Source: Eledone cirrhosa
Lineage: Eukaryota
Assembly (NCBI GenBank): GCA_964016885.1
Contig: OZ024748.1
Span: 25,048,001-25,112,000, forward strand
DNA length: 64,000 nucleotides
Direction: 5' to 3'
Position numbers and translations under genes: made by a program. The notes below the pieces were generated by a model that saw nothing but the letters and a program-made list of their open reading frames with translations, was not told the origin of the DNA and searched no databases. Shown here in pieces: positions 38,686 to 51,984 of this stretch; position 1 is the first letter of the stretch, and each line of letters begins with the position of its first letter.

Positions 38686-38730
38686 CATATATAAATTACC
38701 AAGTTTATATAGTTGTGAGATAACCATACA
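38230..38730. repeat. Tandem triplication of a microsatellite-containing unit
   Basis: TATAAAYTACCAAGTTTATATAGTTGTGAGATAACCATACA recurs near 38400, 38561 and 38690. Confidence 0.85.
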
Positions 38731-39332
38731 AAATGGCGAGATTATGTGATGAGTTATATTGATATCAAACTGATATCACTCTGTAATGAGGATATAAAAC
38801 TTGATGTGTCTGTATGATAACGATACAAAACTGCTACATATGTGTGTGGGTATGTGTAGGTATGTATGTGTGTGGGTGTGTCTGTATGTCTGTGTATCTG
38901 TGTATGTGTGCGTGTGCCTATGTGTGTCTGCTTATGCATATATGTATGTATGTGTGTATATGTGTATGAGAGTGTCTGTGTGTGTATGTACGTGCATATG
39001 TGCGTATGTTTGTAATTCTGTACCTATGCGTGCAAACGTATGGCTATATGTGTGTATGGGTATATGTGTGTGGGTGTGTATCTATGTGTGTATTTTTGTG
39101 CATATGTGTATGTTTGTGTGCATGTGTGTGTATATGTATAATTGTGTGGCTATGTGTGTGTGTCGGTGACTCTATCAGCTCTACGATACAGACATATAAA
39201 CGCGGGTCATGATATTTCCATCAACAATTTAGCAAAAGAAACTGTTGTGGGTTTTCACCTTTGAAAACCACCAACTCCGCCCAGTCCCCCTTTTGCTATT
39301 CTGTTCCTCATTTACAGGTATATCATTAAGGT

Positions 39333-40050
<718 letters not shown>

Positions 40051-40057
40051 TTAGGTT

Positions 40058-40445
40058 AGGGCAGTCGACTGACAGAACAAAATGTGTTGCGGTATTTCGT
40101 TCTGAGTTCAAAACCCGTTGGGACCAACTTGACATTTCATGCTTCCGGAAGTCGATATCAAATAATAGAACCAGGTAGCTACTGGGGTTGATTTTACCGA
40201 CTTCCCTTCCTCCATAGTTGGTGGCTTTGTGCATAAATTAGAAACCATTTTCATCATCATTATCATCATTATCGGTGGATTGGCAGTATCGGTGGAGCGT
40301 CGGATCCATGCTTTGTAGCATAGAGTTATGCCCCTTTACGGTCTAAGTTCAAATCCCACCGAGGTTAACTTTGCCTTTCATCCTTACGGGGTGAATAAAA
40401 TAAAGTACCAGTAATGTACTGGGGTTGTGCCAAAAGTAAAATCCA
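40058..40445 (+). mobile_element. Two SINE family 1 copies (first one divergent)
   Basis: B box and family-1 core. Confidence 0.75.
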
Positions 40446-40512
40446 TTATTAGTGAACAAATCATTGTTAAAATTCAGTTATTTTAATAAATATATCTATA
40501 TCTATATATATA

Positions 40513-40874
40513 ATTATAATTGAATATAAAAGAAAAGCGAACACAGATATATAGATATATGTGTTCAAATCGTAAGGGACCAGATTCGCTAAGGTGAAAA
40601 GAATACTAACTATAGACAATTGGGTTCGCTTGTTTCAATTTAAGAAAAAATTAAGAAAATAATTACAAACCGGAATTGTGGTAACTACCAATCACCCAGA
40701 CAACTTGTTGTTTCGCAAAGTTAATTATTTTCTTAATTTTTTCTTAAATTGAAACAAGCGAACCCAATTGTCTATAGTTAGTATTCTTTTCACCTTAGCG
40801 AATCTGGTCCCTTACGATTTGAACACATATATCTATATATCTGTGTTCGCTTTTCTTTTATATTCAATTATAAT
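40513..40874. repeat. Perfect 153-bp inverted repeat with 56-bp spacer
   Basis: Arms 40513-40665 and 40722-40874 are reverse complements. Confidence 0.95.
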
Positions 40875-40974
40875 ATACGACTCGGAAATATCTATTTCTT
40901 AGAGCTATTTTGTTGTAAGAGACTATTTTGAGTTCCTAATTCAATATATACATTTAATATATATATATATATAT

Positions 40975-41490
40975 ATATATGAGAGTATTGAAGTTTGCTT
41001 GAAGCATTGTGGAATAATAAATAAATATCTTTAAGTCGTTTGGAAGCCTCTACAATGCAAATGGGTAAATCTCCGGGTAACAAGATCCGGTGGTGGAGAG
41101 AGGGATGTAAGTGGGTGTACGTTGAGATGCGTGGTGTGTAAAGATGTGTAAATGTCTTTACACACCACGCATCTCAACGTACACCCACTTACATCTCTCT
41201 CCCCACCACCGGATCTTGTTACCCGGAGATTTACCCATTTGCATTGTCGAGGCTTCCAAACGACTTAAAGATATATATATATATATATCTACATTCATAC
41301 ACACACACACACGTTCCTCTACACACTATACATCTCATTCTACATTTCCTCTTACATCTCTCTCTTCACCACCGGATTTTACCCATGATGTTACCCCGAG
41401 ATTTACCCATCTGCATTGTTGAGGCTTCCAAAACGACCAATTTTTTTATTATTCCACAATGCTTCAAGCAAACTTCAATACTCTCATATA
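40975..41490. repeat. Fold-back element (centre ~41150) with an extra partial direct copy of one arm
   Basis: 41025-41144 is inverted to 41155-41274. 41351-41490 repeats the right arm and extends the inverted match to 40975. Confidence 0.85.
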
Positions 41491-41584
41491 TATATATACA
41501 TATATATATATACGCACACACACACACACACACGCGCGCGCGCACACACACGCACACACACACACGCGCACACACGCGCACACA

Positions 41585-41725
<141 letters not shown>

Positions 41726-42009
41726 GATGTATGCAAGAAACTGTATCTTCGTATCTCAAGCATCAATCAGATCATGTAAGTAACTCATGTTCCATACAAT
41801 ACAGTAGATGACATACAAAAGAAAGTACATGGAGTTGTTAAAACAGCGGTTAACAACATCGTTTATAATGAGGTAGAATTGCAAACATTGAATAGCAATG
41901 TCGCCATGTTGATACTTGTGGTGTAATAATATCAACACTGCTGGCTGCTTGTGACAACATTAAATAGGGTTTATACACATCAGTTTCTGAAATACTCAAT
42001 CTAAACATC

Positions 42010-43094
42010 TTAACTCTTAACAACCCTGTAATGATCTATCAAAAAAGTCTTTAAAAACTACTTTGTTAATTCAAATGTTTACTTTTGAATTACTCGTTGC
42101 TAAAATTTGCTATATTAGAATAAAGACCAAATTTTAATGTGATACAGTAATAGTACTATTTTTTTTACTATGTTTCTAGTATCTTGATTAGTGACCAAAT
42201 CATAGAGAACATTTTTAGAATTGAATAAAGACTTAAATTGTTAATGTAATGCAGCCATAGTGCCTTTTTTTTACTAAATGTCTATAGCATCTCTACTCGT
42301 TGACAGATCGTGCTGAAGATTAGTAATATTAGAATAAAAACTAATTTCTAATGTAGTCATAGTACTGTTTTATATTAAATGTTTATACTAACATTGTGGC
42401 AGTATCAGTAGAGCGTCGGACACCATACTTCGTTCTATAGAGTTACGGCCCTTTACGTTCTGAGTTCAAATCCCGCCAACATTAGCTTTGCCTTTCATCT
42501 TTACGGGGTCGATAAAATAAAGTACCATTAATGCACTGGGGCCGGGTTAATAAACTTCCCCTCCCTACAAATTGTTGGCTCTGTGCCTAAATTAGTTGGC
42601 AGTATCAATAGAAGATCGGACGCCATGCTTTGACGCACAGAGTTACGCCCCTTGATAGTTTGAGTTCAAATCCTGCCGAGGTTCGATAAAATAAAGTACC
42701 AGTAATACACTGAAATAATTGCTGGCCTTGTGCCTAAAGTTGAAACAATTATTAGTGAACAGGAGTTGGTTTGGCAGTATCGGTAGAGGGTCTGACGCCA
42801 TGCTTTGACGTATAGAGTTACGGCCCTTGCCATCCTGAGTCCAAATCCCGCCGAGGTTAACTTTGCCTTTCAACCTTACGGGGTCGATAAAATAAAGTAC
42901 CAGTAATGTACTGAGTAATTGCTGGCCTTGTGCCAAAAGTAGAAAAAATTTTTAGTGAACAAATCATTGTTAAAATTTGGTGTATTAGAGTGATGACTTT
43001 AATTTTTAATGCGGTGACGTCATGGTACACTTTAGTACTTTTCAAGATGTTGTTACTAATGCGGTTTCATGCGGTAGAGGACGTTAAGAGTTAA
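42010..43094. mobile_element. TTAA-flanked piggyBac-like MITE with three nested SINE family 1 copies
   Basis: TTAA-CTCTTAACAACCC ... AGGACGTTAAGAG-TTAA. Interior homologous to 62992-63199. Confidence 0.6.
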
Positions 43095-43282
43095 TATCGG
43101 TAGAGATGTAATATGTTGATGCAATTTAATACATTTACCTCCCTTCATCTTGGCTTGGTAATCTCTTACTAGTATCTTACTAGTAGCTTACTTGGGGCAA
43201 AGATGACTAACTATTGTTGTAACCTTTAATTATAGTTGTGTGCGTAAGGCGGGTGTGAGACCGTTCTACTGATGTACGTATG

Positions 43283-43333
<51 letters not shown>

Positions 43334-43386
43334 ATGTGTGCACGTATGTATGTCTGTATATGTATGTATGTTTGTGTGTATGCACG

Positions 43387-43435
<49 letters not shown>

Positions 43436-43605
43436 ATGTTTGCACGTATGTATGTCTGTATATGTATGTATGTTTGTGTGTATGCACGTATGTATGTCTG
43501 TATATGTATGTATGTTTGTGTGTATGCACGTATGTATGTCTGTATATGTATGTATGTTTGTGTGTATGCACTATGTATGTCTGTATATGTATGTATGTAT
43601 GTATG

Positions 43606-43686
43606 TCAGGTCGCTCTGGTAACATGAAACCCAGTACAACCTGTCTCATGGTCGAGTCGTCGGCGGCTAAACTGGCAACCCCACCA
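43606..43686 (+). mobile_element. 5' fragment of the RTE-like short element
   Basis: Matches 32521-32610. Preceded by (TATG)n. Confidence 0.75.
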
Positions 43687-43784
43687 AGCGTGCAGCCACC
43701 TTGTATGTATTTTCCGTCTTCTTCTCTATACATCTCTCGTTAAGGATGGAGAACTACGTTGAATAAATGGTCTTAATAGTAACA

Positions 43785-43891
<107 letters not shown>

Positions 43892-43985
43892 GATAAATCC
43901 ACCAATTAATGGTAGGGCCTAAGCCGTATGAAGAACTCAATGTAATCCGTATGTAGAAGATGTCGTGAAGCAAAGTTTAAAATCA

Positions 43986-44113
43986 ATTTCTGAAGACGGC
44001 GGGTAGTGAAGACGTATGTATATTTTCTTGCTATGATATTTTGTAATATATTTTACATAGATCAATAATTGAATGGACATACGGGGAACTACCCCCAGAA
44101 ACGATCGTAAAAT
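43986..44113 (+). ncRNA. Hammerhead ribozyme motif with extended stem II
   Basis: AUUU-CUGAAGA-CGGCGGGUAGU...ACUACCCCCA-GAAA-CGAUCG-UA-AAAU, with an inner helix CGUAUGU/ACAUACG. Confidence 0.6.
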
Positions 44114-44169
44114 AATGAGTTTTACTATGAATTAACCGTTTTTTGTTTAATTTCATTGTTTTCACTATT

Positions 44170-44213
<44 letters not shown>

Positions 44214-44500
44214 TTGACCACAAGAATTTTTGCAACACGAATTGGCGCGAAACTTATTTTAATACATCTGGAGCCACTTTTTTCACATAAAACAGGTAGC
44301 ATTTCCAAAACTAATCAGATTAGAGCAAACATCACGGGCGCTCTATCTCAAAATTATTTTTGAAAAGCATTAGAAATGCGCAACCGGTAAAACTTAAAAC
44401 CAAAACTGAATACTAATCAATACTATTACTAATTTTAACTTATTCCTAATTAAACTATTTTTCACTGTGAACAATTTGTCAGCATTTTCTTTTCCATTTA

Positions 44501-44595
<95 letters not shown>

Positions 44596-45048
44596 TTATA
44601 TATTTCGGTAATGTAATATAACTGGTTCTTTCAAACGAAGTCCCTTTAATATTTATTCCACTCGTTTTACACAGGTACCTCACATCATTCTGGAATACAA
44701 CAGGACAGTGACGATTATTCCGTTGAAGTAAGCTGTAACCAAAGGCGCCATTGTTCACAGAATTAGATATAAATGGAATACTGCCAACATCTTCATCATT
44801 ACAACCATATCATCATCATCATCAACCTCATCATCATCATCAGTATTATCACCACAATGCTACTACTAAATGAACACGTGTTTTACGTGTCCTGTGTTTC
44901 TATACCAATAATAAAAACCACTAAATAAGTTTAGAGATTGCAGAAAGGTTTTAACAACTTGTTTCAATTTGATGACCTCGTTTCCTTATCTATCAAACGA
45001 AGAACATAGTTCAAGAATTTGCAATACAAGATTCAACCTTCTGCATTC

Positions 45049-45126
<78 letters not shown>

Positions 45127-45129
<3 letters not shown>

Positions 45130-45319
45130 GGAACATTTTTAACCCCGACGGCAGAGCTCAAGCCGTTTCGACGGCTATTTCAGTCCAGAAATGGCCGTCG
45201 AAACGGCTTGAGCTGTGCCGTCGGGGTTAAACATTTTCCTATTACCCACTCTACTACCCTAACTATTGAATACTCTGGTGCGTTATGGTCCATCTGGTTC
45301 CTTACCTCACCTCCTGCGT

Positions 45320-45320
<1 letters not shown>
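45127..45320 (-). mobile_element. Hairpin-ended element, same family as 6250-6440
   Basis: CCCCGACGGCAGAGCTCAAGCCGTTTCGACGG / CCGTCGAAACGGCTTGAGCTGTGCCGTCGGGG, plus the shared ACCCACTCTACTACCCT body. Confidence 0.65.
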
Positions 45321-45365
<45 letters not shown>

Positions 45366-45467
45366 TAATAAAATAACAGATTAAAGTTTAAGCAACGAAT
45401 CGGTGCTTTCACCCTTAACGGGATCTTCTGAAACTCTTCTGATTTTAGTCATCACATTTATTATTAT

Positions 45468-45496
<29 letters not shown>

Positions 45497-45503
<7 letters not shown>

Positions 45504-45636
45504 ATACTTGGGGGGGGGTCATATTTGTGTAATAATATTGCCAGAATTAATAACAGAACACACTCACTGTTTATGACCCTCCCCAAGTATAACAATATTT
45601 GTTTCGACACACGATTTCATATCAAAAACCTCGCAA

Positions 45637-45640
<4 letters not shown>
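45497..45640. mobile_element. Small IR-bearing repeat family
   Basis: TATTGTTATACTTGGGG..GGTCATA / TATGACCCTCCCCAAGTATAACAATA. Relatives at 30770-30960 and 60382-60560. Confidence 0.55.
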
Positions 45641-45700
<60 letters not shown>

Positions 45701-45701
<1 letters not shown>

Positions 45702-46116
45702 TAAAAGGAATTCCAACTTTGTCTGATTTACTCGTTTTATTTACAATCCTTTAAAATTTATAATGGTATTAGAATGAAATAGTATGGTGGAATATTAAAT
45801 GTTAAGTGTTAATTGAACAAGTACTTTCATGCTTTCGCAATCTTCAGGTTCATAATGTGTGGTGACAGTCAAGTTTGCAATTTTCAACTGTTGAAATTTC
45901 CACAGTTGAAAATTGCAAACTTGCAACAGTTGAAAATTGCAAACTTGACTGTCACCACAGAATATGAACCCGAAGATTGCGAAAGCATGAAAGTACTTGT
46001 TCAATTAACACTTAATATTTAATATTCCACCATACTATTTCATTCTAATACCATTATAAATTTTAAAGGATTGTAAATAAAACGAGTAAATCAGACAAAG
46101 TTGGAATTCCTTTTAT
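45701..46116. repeat. ~416-bp near-perfect palindrome (fold-back element)
   Basis: Arms of ~190 bp are reverse complements, with a short internal duplication at the centre. Confidence 0.95.
45814..45852 (-). ncRNA. Minimal type I hammerhead ribozyme motif
   Basis: UGAAC-CUGAAGA-U-UGC[GAAA]GCA-U-GAAA-GUAC-UU-GUUCA: 5-bp stem I, GNRA-capped stem II, palindromic stem III. The mirror copy at 45965-46003 (+) has CCGAAGA. Confidence 0.75.
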
Positions 46117-46308
46117 AAATATAATCTTCTATACACAATCATACACACCCGTGTATATTTATCTATATTATTATTGATAACGCACTATATATCTCTCTCT
46201 GGTGTGTTACCTTCTCAACATATTATATTTTAAAGGGCTCAGGATCTCTTCCCCTTTGAGCACATTATTTACAGGGAATAACGACGGCCTATGCCTCCGT
46301 TAATTTAT

Positions 46309-46368
<60 letters not shown>

Positions 46369-46550
46369 CAAGGAAACGACAAAAACAGAGGTACAAAAAG
46401 TCTTGTTGGTTTCACACCTTATATGGAAAGAGGGAAAGAAAGTTCGGCGTCTCGGACTTTATCCCTTCTCCGAGAGTACAAATATAGAGACAGGATCACA
46501 AAGGATAGATACAGAAAACAAAAGGTAGTCCAGAAAAAAAAAAACGAAAA

Positions 46551-46732
46551 TAATTGTTTCTACTTTTGGCACAAGGCCAGCAATTATTCCATTGCATTAC
46601 TGGTACTTATTTTATCGACCCCAGTACGGATGAAAGGCAAAGTTAACCTTGGCGGGATTTGAACTCAGACCGTAAAGGGACGTAACTATGTTAGAAAGCA
46701 TGGCGTCCGACCCTCTACCGATACTGCCAATT
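46551..46732 (-). mobile_element. SINE family 1 copy
   Basis: Family-1 consensus, reverse strand. Confidence 0.85.
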
Positions 46733-46847
46733 CATGATAGTAAACAAGACAAACAGTTAGGTTGTCTTGAAAACGATTTTGGAACGCAAAGTGAAATGTG
46801 TGCGTGTATATATATATATATATAGTCTTCATATTTTTTATTATTAC

Positions 46848-46940
<93 letters not shown>

Positions 46941-47451
46941 CTAAAGAGGCAGAATCCCAACGGTGAGCCCACCTGTTTCAACTTTTTTTACACATGTGTG
47001 TGTATATATATGTATCTATATATATATATATACATATATATATATACATATATATACATACATATATATATACATACATACACATATATATATATATATA
47101 TATTATATGGGGGGGGGGGAGGTTGCCTCTGTGTGTGTGTGTCTAATTTTAAATGTCTTGTTTCAATGTGTCGTCAGTGAGAATATCTGTGCATTTGTAG
47201 AGTGAAAATATGTCAATCATTATCAGATGTGACAACTTTTTTTGCTGACACTAGAAACATCATAGACAACCGATTATTTTGTAATCGCCACTCCCAATAC
47301 TTTCCTAATAAGGACAATATTGTGATATTAAATCACAATTCAGCCGCCCACTTCCCAAATCTTTACACAGTTGATACTTATCACATGTTATAAAATCGCT
47401 ACATGTTCCGTCTATATTTATGTTTATATTTTGCTAGCTATATTTTTATCA

Positions 47452-48247
47452 TTGGTGGATTGGCAGTATCGGTAGAGGGTCGGACGCCATGCTTTCCAGC
47501 ATAGTTACGTCCCTTAACGATCTGAGTTCAAATCCCGCTGAGGTTGACTTTGCCTTTTATCCTTACGGGGTCGATAAAATAAAGTACCAGTAATACACTG
47601 GGTAATTGCTGGCCTTGTGCCAAAAAGTAGAAACAATTATTTCTATAATTTGTATAATTTCCGTCCATGTATGTAAGCAAATGTGTTATGTTTACATACA
47701 CTTCTGGGGATACAGCATGGCCGAATGGTTGAAGTCATTAGGGCCCAGGTTCAATCCCACAGCATTGTACCTGGAGCAAATGATATTTACCGCAGCCTCC
47801 AGTCAACTTAAGCCTTATAGTTGAAATTAGAAGCACAAAGGATGGGGTATGCCTGTAATTGAAAGGGCCAGCCTTGTCACGCATCGAGTCACATTGAATC
47901 TACTGGAGAACTACGTTGAGTGCACACATGTCTGAGGAATGCTCAACCACTTAATGTGGCGAGCAGGCTATTCGGTTGTTCGAACAACTGAAACACTTGT
48001 CGTCGGAAGAGAGGAAGATCCAAGAAGAACATCTATAAAGAAAACAACCATACAAAACTACATTCATTGGCAGTATCGGTAGAAGGTCGGACGCCATGCC
48101 TTGACGCATAGAGTTACGGCCTTTGCCATTCTGAGATCAAATCCCGCCGAGGTTAACTTTGCCTTTCATCCTTACGGGGTCGATAAAATAAAGTACCAGT
48201 AATGTACTGAGTAATTGCTGGCCTTGTGCCATTAGTAGAAACAATTA
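47452..48247 (+). mobile_element. SINE cluster (family 1, family 2, family 1)
   Basis: Family consensus motifs at 47452-47640, 47708-48010 and 48067-48247. Confidence 0.8.
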
Positions 48248-48529
48248 ATGAATTATACACGTCTAAAACTCACACTCGTTCATGATCCTCATAAGCCCAC
48301 CCGGTAACCGTATCCCTCATCCACATACTCCTCTATCCATTGCCAAGCCTCGCATTAATAATCCTCGCTACTTCATCCGATACTCTCGCTTATTAGCTCA
48401 ATATCCATTGTCAAACTGAGAATTATAATCATCACAGGCCCTCCCCATATATTTACCTCCTCTCTATTTATTATCTCTCTGTCAATTGCCAGAGCACGCG
48501 CTAATAATTCCCTACCCACCCCATTTATT

Positions 48530-51077
48530 AACCTCTCTTCTATTCTTCTCCTCTGTCAATTTCCAGACCTCGCTACGCCGTTATATATATTAACTTCTCT
48601 TCTATTCTTCTCCTCTGTCAATTGCCAGACCCCCACCCCCATATGTTAACTTCTCTTCTATTCTTCTCCTCTGTCAATTGCCAGACCCCACCCCCATATA
48701 TTAACCTCCCTTCTATACTTCTCCTCTGTCAATTGCCAGACCCCCACCCCCATATATTAACCTCCCTTCTATTCTTCTCCTCTGTCAATTGCCAGACCCC
48801 CACCCCATATATTAATCTCTCTTCTATTCTTCTCCTCTGTCAATTGCCAGACCCCCACCCCCATATGTTAACTTCTCTTCTATTCTTCTCCTCTGTCAAT
48901 TGCCAGACCCCCACCCCCATATATTAACCTCCCTTCTATTCTTCTCCTCTGTCAATTGCCAGACCCCCACCCCTATATATTAACCTCTCTTCTATTCTTC
49001 TCCTCTGTCAATTGCCAGACCCCCACCCCCATATATTAACCTCCCTTCTATTCTTCTCCTCTGTCAATTGCCAGACCCCCACCCTCATATATTAACTTCT
49101 CTTCTCTTCTACTCTGTCAATTGCCAGACCCCCACCCCCATATATAAACCTCCCTTCTATTCTTCTCCTCTGTCAATTGCCAGACCCCCACCCCCATATA
49201 TTAACATCCCTTCTATTCTTCTCCTCTGTTAATTGCCAGACCCCCACCCCCATATATTAACCTCTCTTCTATTCTTCTCCTCTGTCAATTGCCAGACACC
49301 CACCCCCATATATTAACCTCTCTTCTATTCCTCTCCTCTGTCAATTGCCAGACCCCCACCCCCATATATTAACCTCTCTTCTATTCTTCTCCTCTGTCAA
49401 TTGCCAGACCCCCACCCCCATATATTAACCTCCCTTCTGTTCTTCTCCTCTGTCAATTGCCAGACCCCCACCCCCATATATTAACCTCCCTTCTATTCTT
49501 CTCCTCTGTCAATTGCCAGACCCCCACCCCCATATATTAACCTCCCTTCTATTCTTCTCCTCTGTCAATTGCCAGACCCCCACCCCCATATATTAACCTC
49601 CCTTCTATTCTTCTCCTCTGTCAATTGCCAGACCCCCACCCTCATATATTAACTTCTCTTCTCTTCTACTCTGTCAATTGCCAGACCCCCACCCCCATAT
49701 ATAAACCTCCCTTCTATTCTTCTCCTCTGTCAATTGCCAGACCCCCACCCCCATATATTAACATCCCTTCTATTCTTCTCCTCTGTTAATTGCCAGACCC
49801 CCACCCCCATATATTAACCTCTCTTCTATTCTTCTCCTCTGTCAATTGCCAGACACCCACCCCCATATATTAACCTCTCTTCTATTCCTCTCCTCTGTCA
49901 ATTGCCAGACCCCCACCCCCATATATTAACCTCTCTTCTATTCTTCTCCTCTGTCAATTGCCAGACCCCCACCCCCATATATTAACCTCCCTTCTGTTCT
50001 TCTCCTCTGTCAATTGCCAGACCCCCACCCCCATATATTAACCTCCCTTCTATTCTTCTCCTCTGTCAATTGCCAGACCCCCACCCCCATATATTAACCT
50101 CTCTTCTATTCTTCTCCTCTGTCAATTGCCAGACCCCCACCCCCATATATTAACCTCCCTTCTATTCTTCTCCTCTGTCAATTGCCAGACCCCCACCCTC
50201 ATATATTAACTTCTCTTCTCTTCTACTCTGTCAATTGCCAGACCCCCACCCCCATATATAAACCTCCCTTCTATTCTTCTCCTCTGTCAATTGCCAGACC
50301 CCCCCCCCCCCATATATTAACCTCTCTTCTATTCTTCTCCTCTGTCAATTGCCAGACCCCCACCCCCATATATTAACCTCCCTTCTATTCTTCTCCTCTG
50401 TCAATTGCCAGACCCCCACCCTCATATATTAACTTCTCTTCTCTTCTACTCTGTCAATTACCAGACCCCCACCCCCATATATTAACCTCTCTTCTATTCT
50501 TCTCCTCTGTCAATTGCCAGACCCCCACCCTATATATTAACCTCTCTTCTATTCTTCTCCTCTGTCAATTGCCAGACCCCCACCCCCATATATAAACCTC
50601 CCTTCTATTCTTATACTCAGTCAATTGCCAGACCCCCACCCCCATATATAAACCTCCCTTCTATTCTTCTCCTCTGTCAATTGCCAGACCCCCACCCCCA
50701 TATATTAACCTCCCTTCTATTCTTCTCCTCTGTCAATTGCCAGACTCCCACCCCATATATTAACTTCCCTTCTATTCTTATACTCAATCAATTGCCAGAC
50801 CCCCACCCCATATATTAACCTCCCTTCTATTCTTATACTCTGTCAATTGCCAGACTCCCACCCCCATATATTAACCTCCCTTCTATTCTTATACTCTGTC
50901 AATTGCCAGACTCCCACCCCCATATATTAACTTCCCTTCTATTCTTATACTCTGTCAATTGCCAGACTCCCACCCCCATATATTAACCTCCCTTCTATTC
51001 TTATACTCTGTCAATTGCCAGACTCCCACCCCCATATATTAACCTCCCTTCTATTCTTATACTCTGTCAATTGCCAG
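48530..51077. repeat. 56-bp minisatellite, ~45 copies
   Basis: Unit ATTGCCAGACCCCCACCCCCATATATTAACCTCCCTTCTATTCTTCTCCTCTGTCA. Confidence 0.96.
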
Positions 51078-51360
51078 GCCTCGCACTAAACATTAGCCCA
51101 ACTATTACTCATCAGAATTACATCGTTATGTACTCTCACTTCCTACCCATGTTTTTCCTACATGCATCAACCTACAAACAGAAATTCTGTATCAACTGCA
51201 TCAAGCTCACAAATATAGGAGTTATAAATACGATTGGCGTCTCAAGCTTAATAATAACGAAAAATTAAATAAAAACGACATAATATATGTATATTAACCA
51301 GGCTATCTTAGGAATCAAACACACACACACAGACGAGTGCGCGCACACATACATACATAC

Positions 51361-51915
51361 ATGGTGGCTGCCAACTCGTTTTCGAGTACGGCCACTACTT
51401 TATATCCATGTAGGAGAAACCCTACCGAAGCGCTGAACGAGTGTGACTTTTTAGTCCAGCCAGCGACTTGAAAACTCTGGTACAAACACTACACTTGTGA
51501 CAATTATTGACACATAGTGCTGGGCCCATGGTACCATGTGACGTCAAGTGCAGAGAGATCTCCAGATATAAAGCAATGCCTGTGCCGTGAAGCTTTTATA
51601 GTGAGCAAAGGCACTGCACAAAGCCAGCCCCACTCTCTTAACCAAGATGATATTTACCAAAAAGAAGAACAAGTCAACATCATTGGATACCATCAGGGTT
51701 GCAGGTGTTATATCAGAGTTTTCCTTCTCCTAGAATTCTGCCTTGACAAAGGCTGAGGGGTCATCTCTCCCGGTGAATTTGGATGGCCATTGACTCTTAA
51801 GAGCTCCTTTGCCCTTTGACAGGTTTTGTTTTTAGTCCTGCAGGATGTCCAAAGTCACCCTCCTCACCAAGAAACCTTGGTGGGGTTGCCAGTTTAGTCG
51901 CCAACGACCCGACCA
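51361..51915 (-). mobile_element. RTE-like short element, copy 2
   Basis: Near-identical reverse complement of 32574-33123, with (CATA)n on both sides. Confidence 0.8.
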
Positions 51916-51984
51916 TACATACATACATACATACATACATACATACATACATACATACATACATACATACATACATACATACAT

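Noticed and set aside
44620-44800. Possible exon (NNGAFGYSLLQRNNRHCPVVFQNDVR)
   Set aside because: No convincing acceptor/donor pair or recognisable homology.
45795-46022. Paired 69-aa ORFs on opposite strands
   Set aside because: Mirror artefact of the palindrome.
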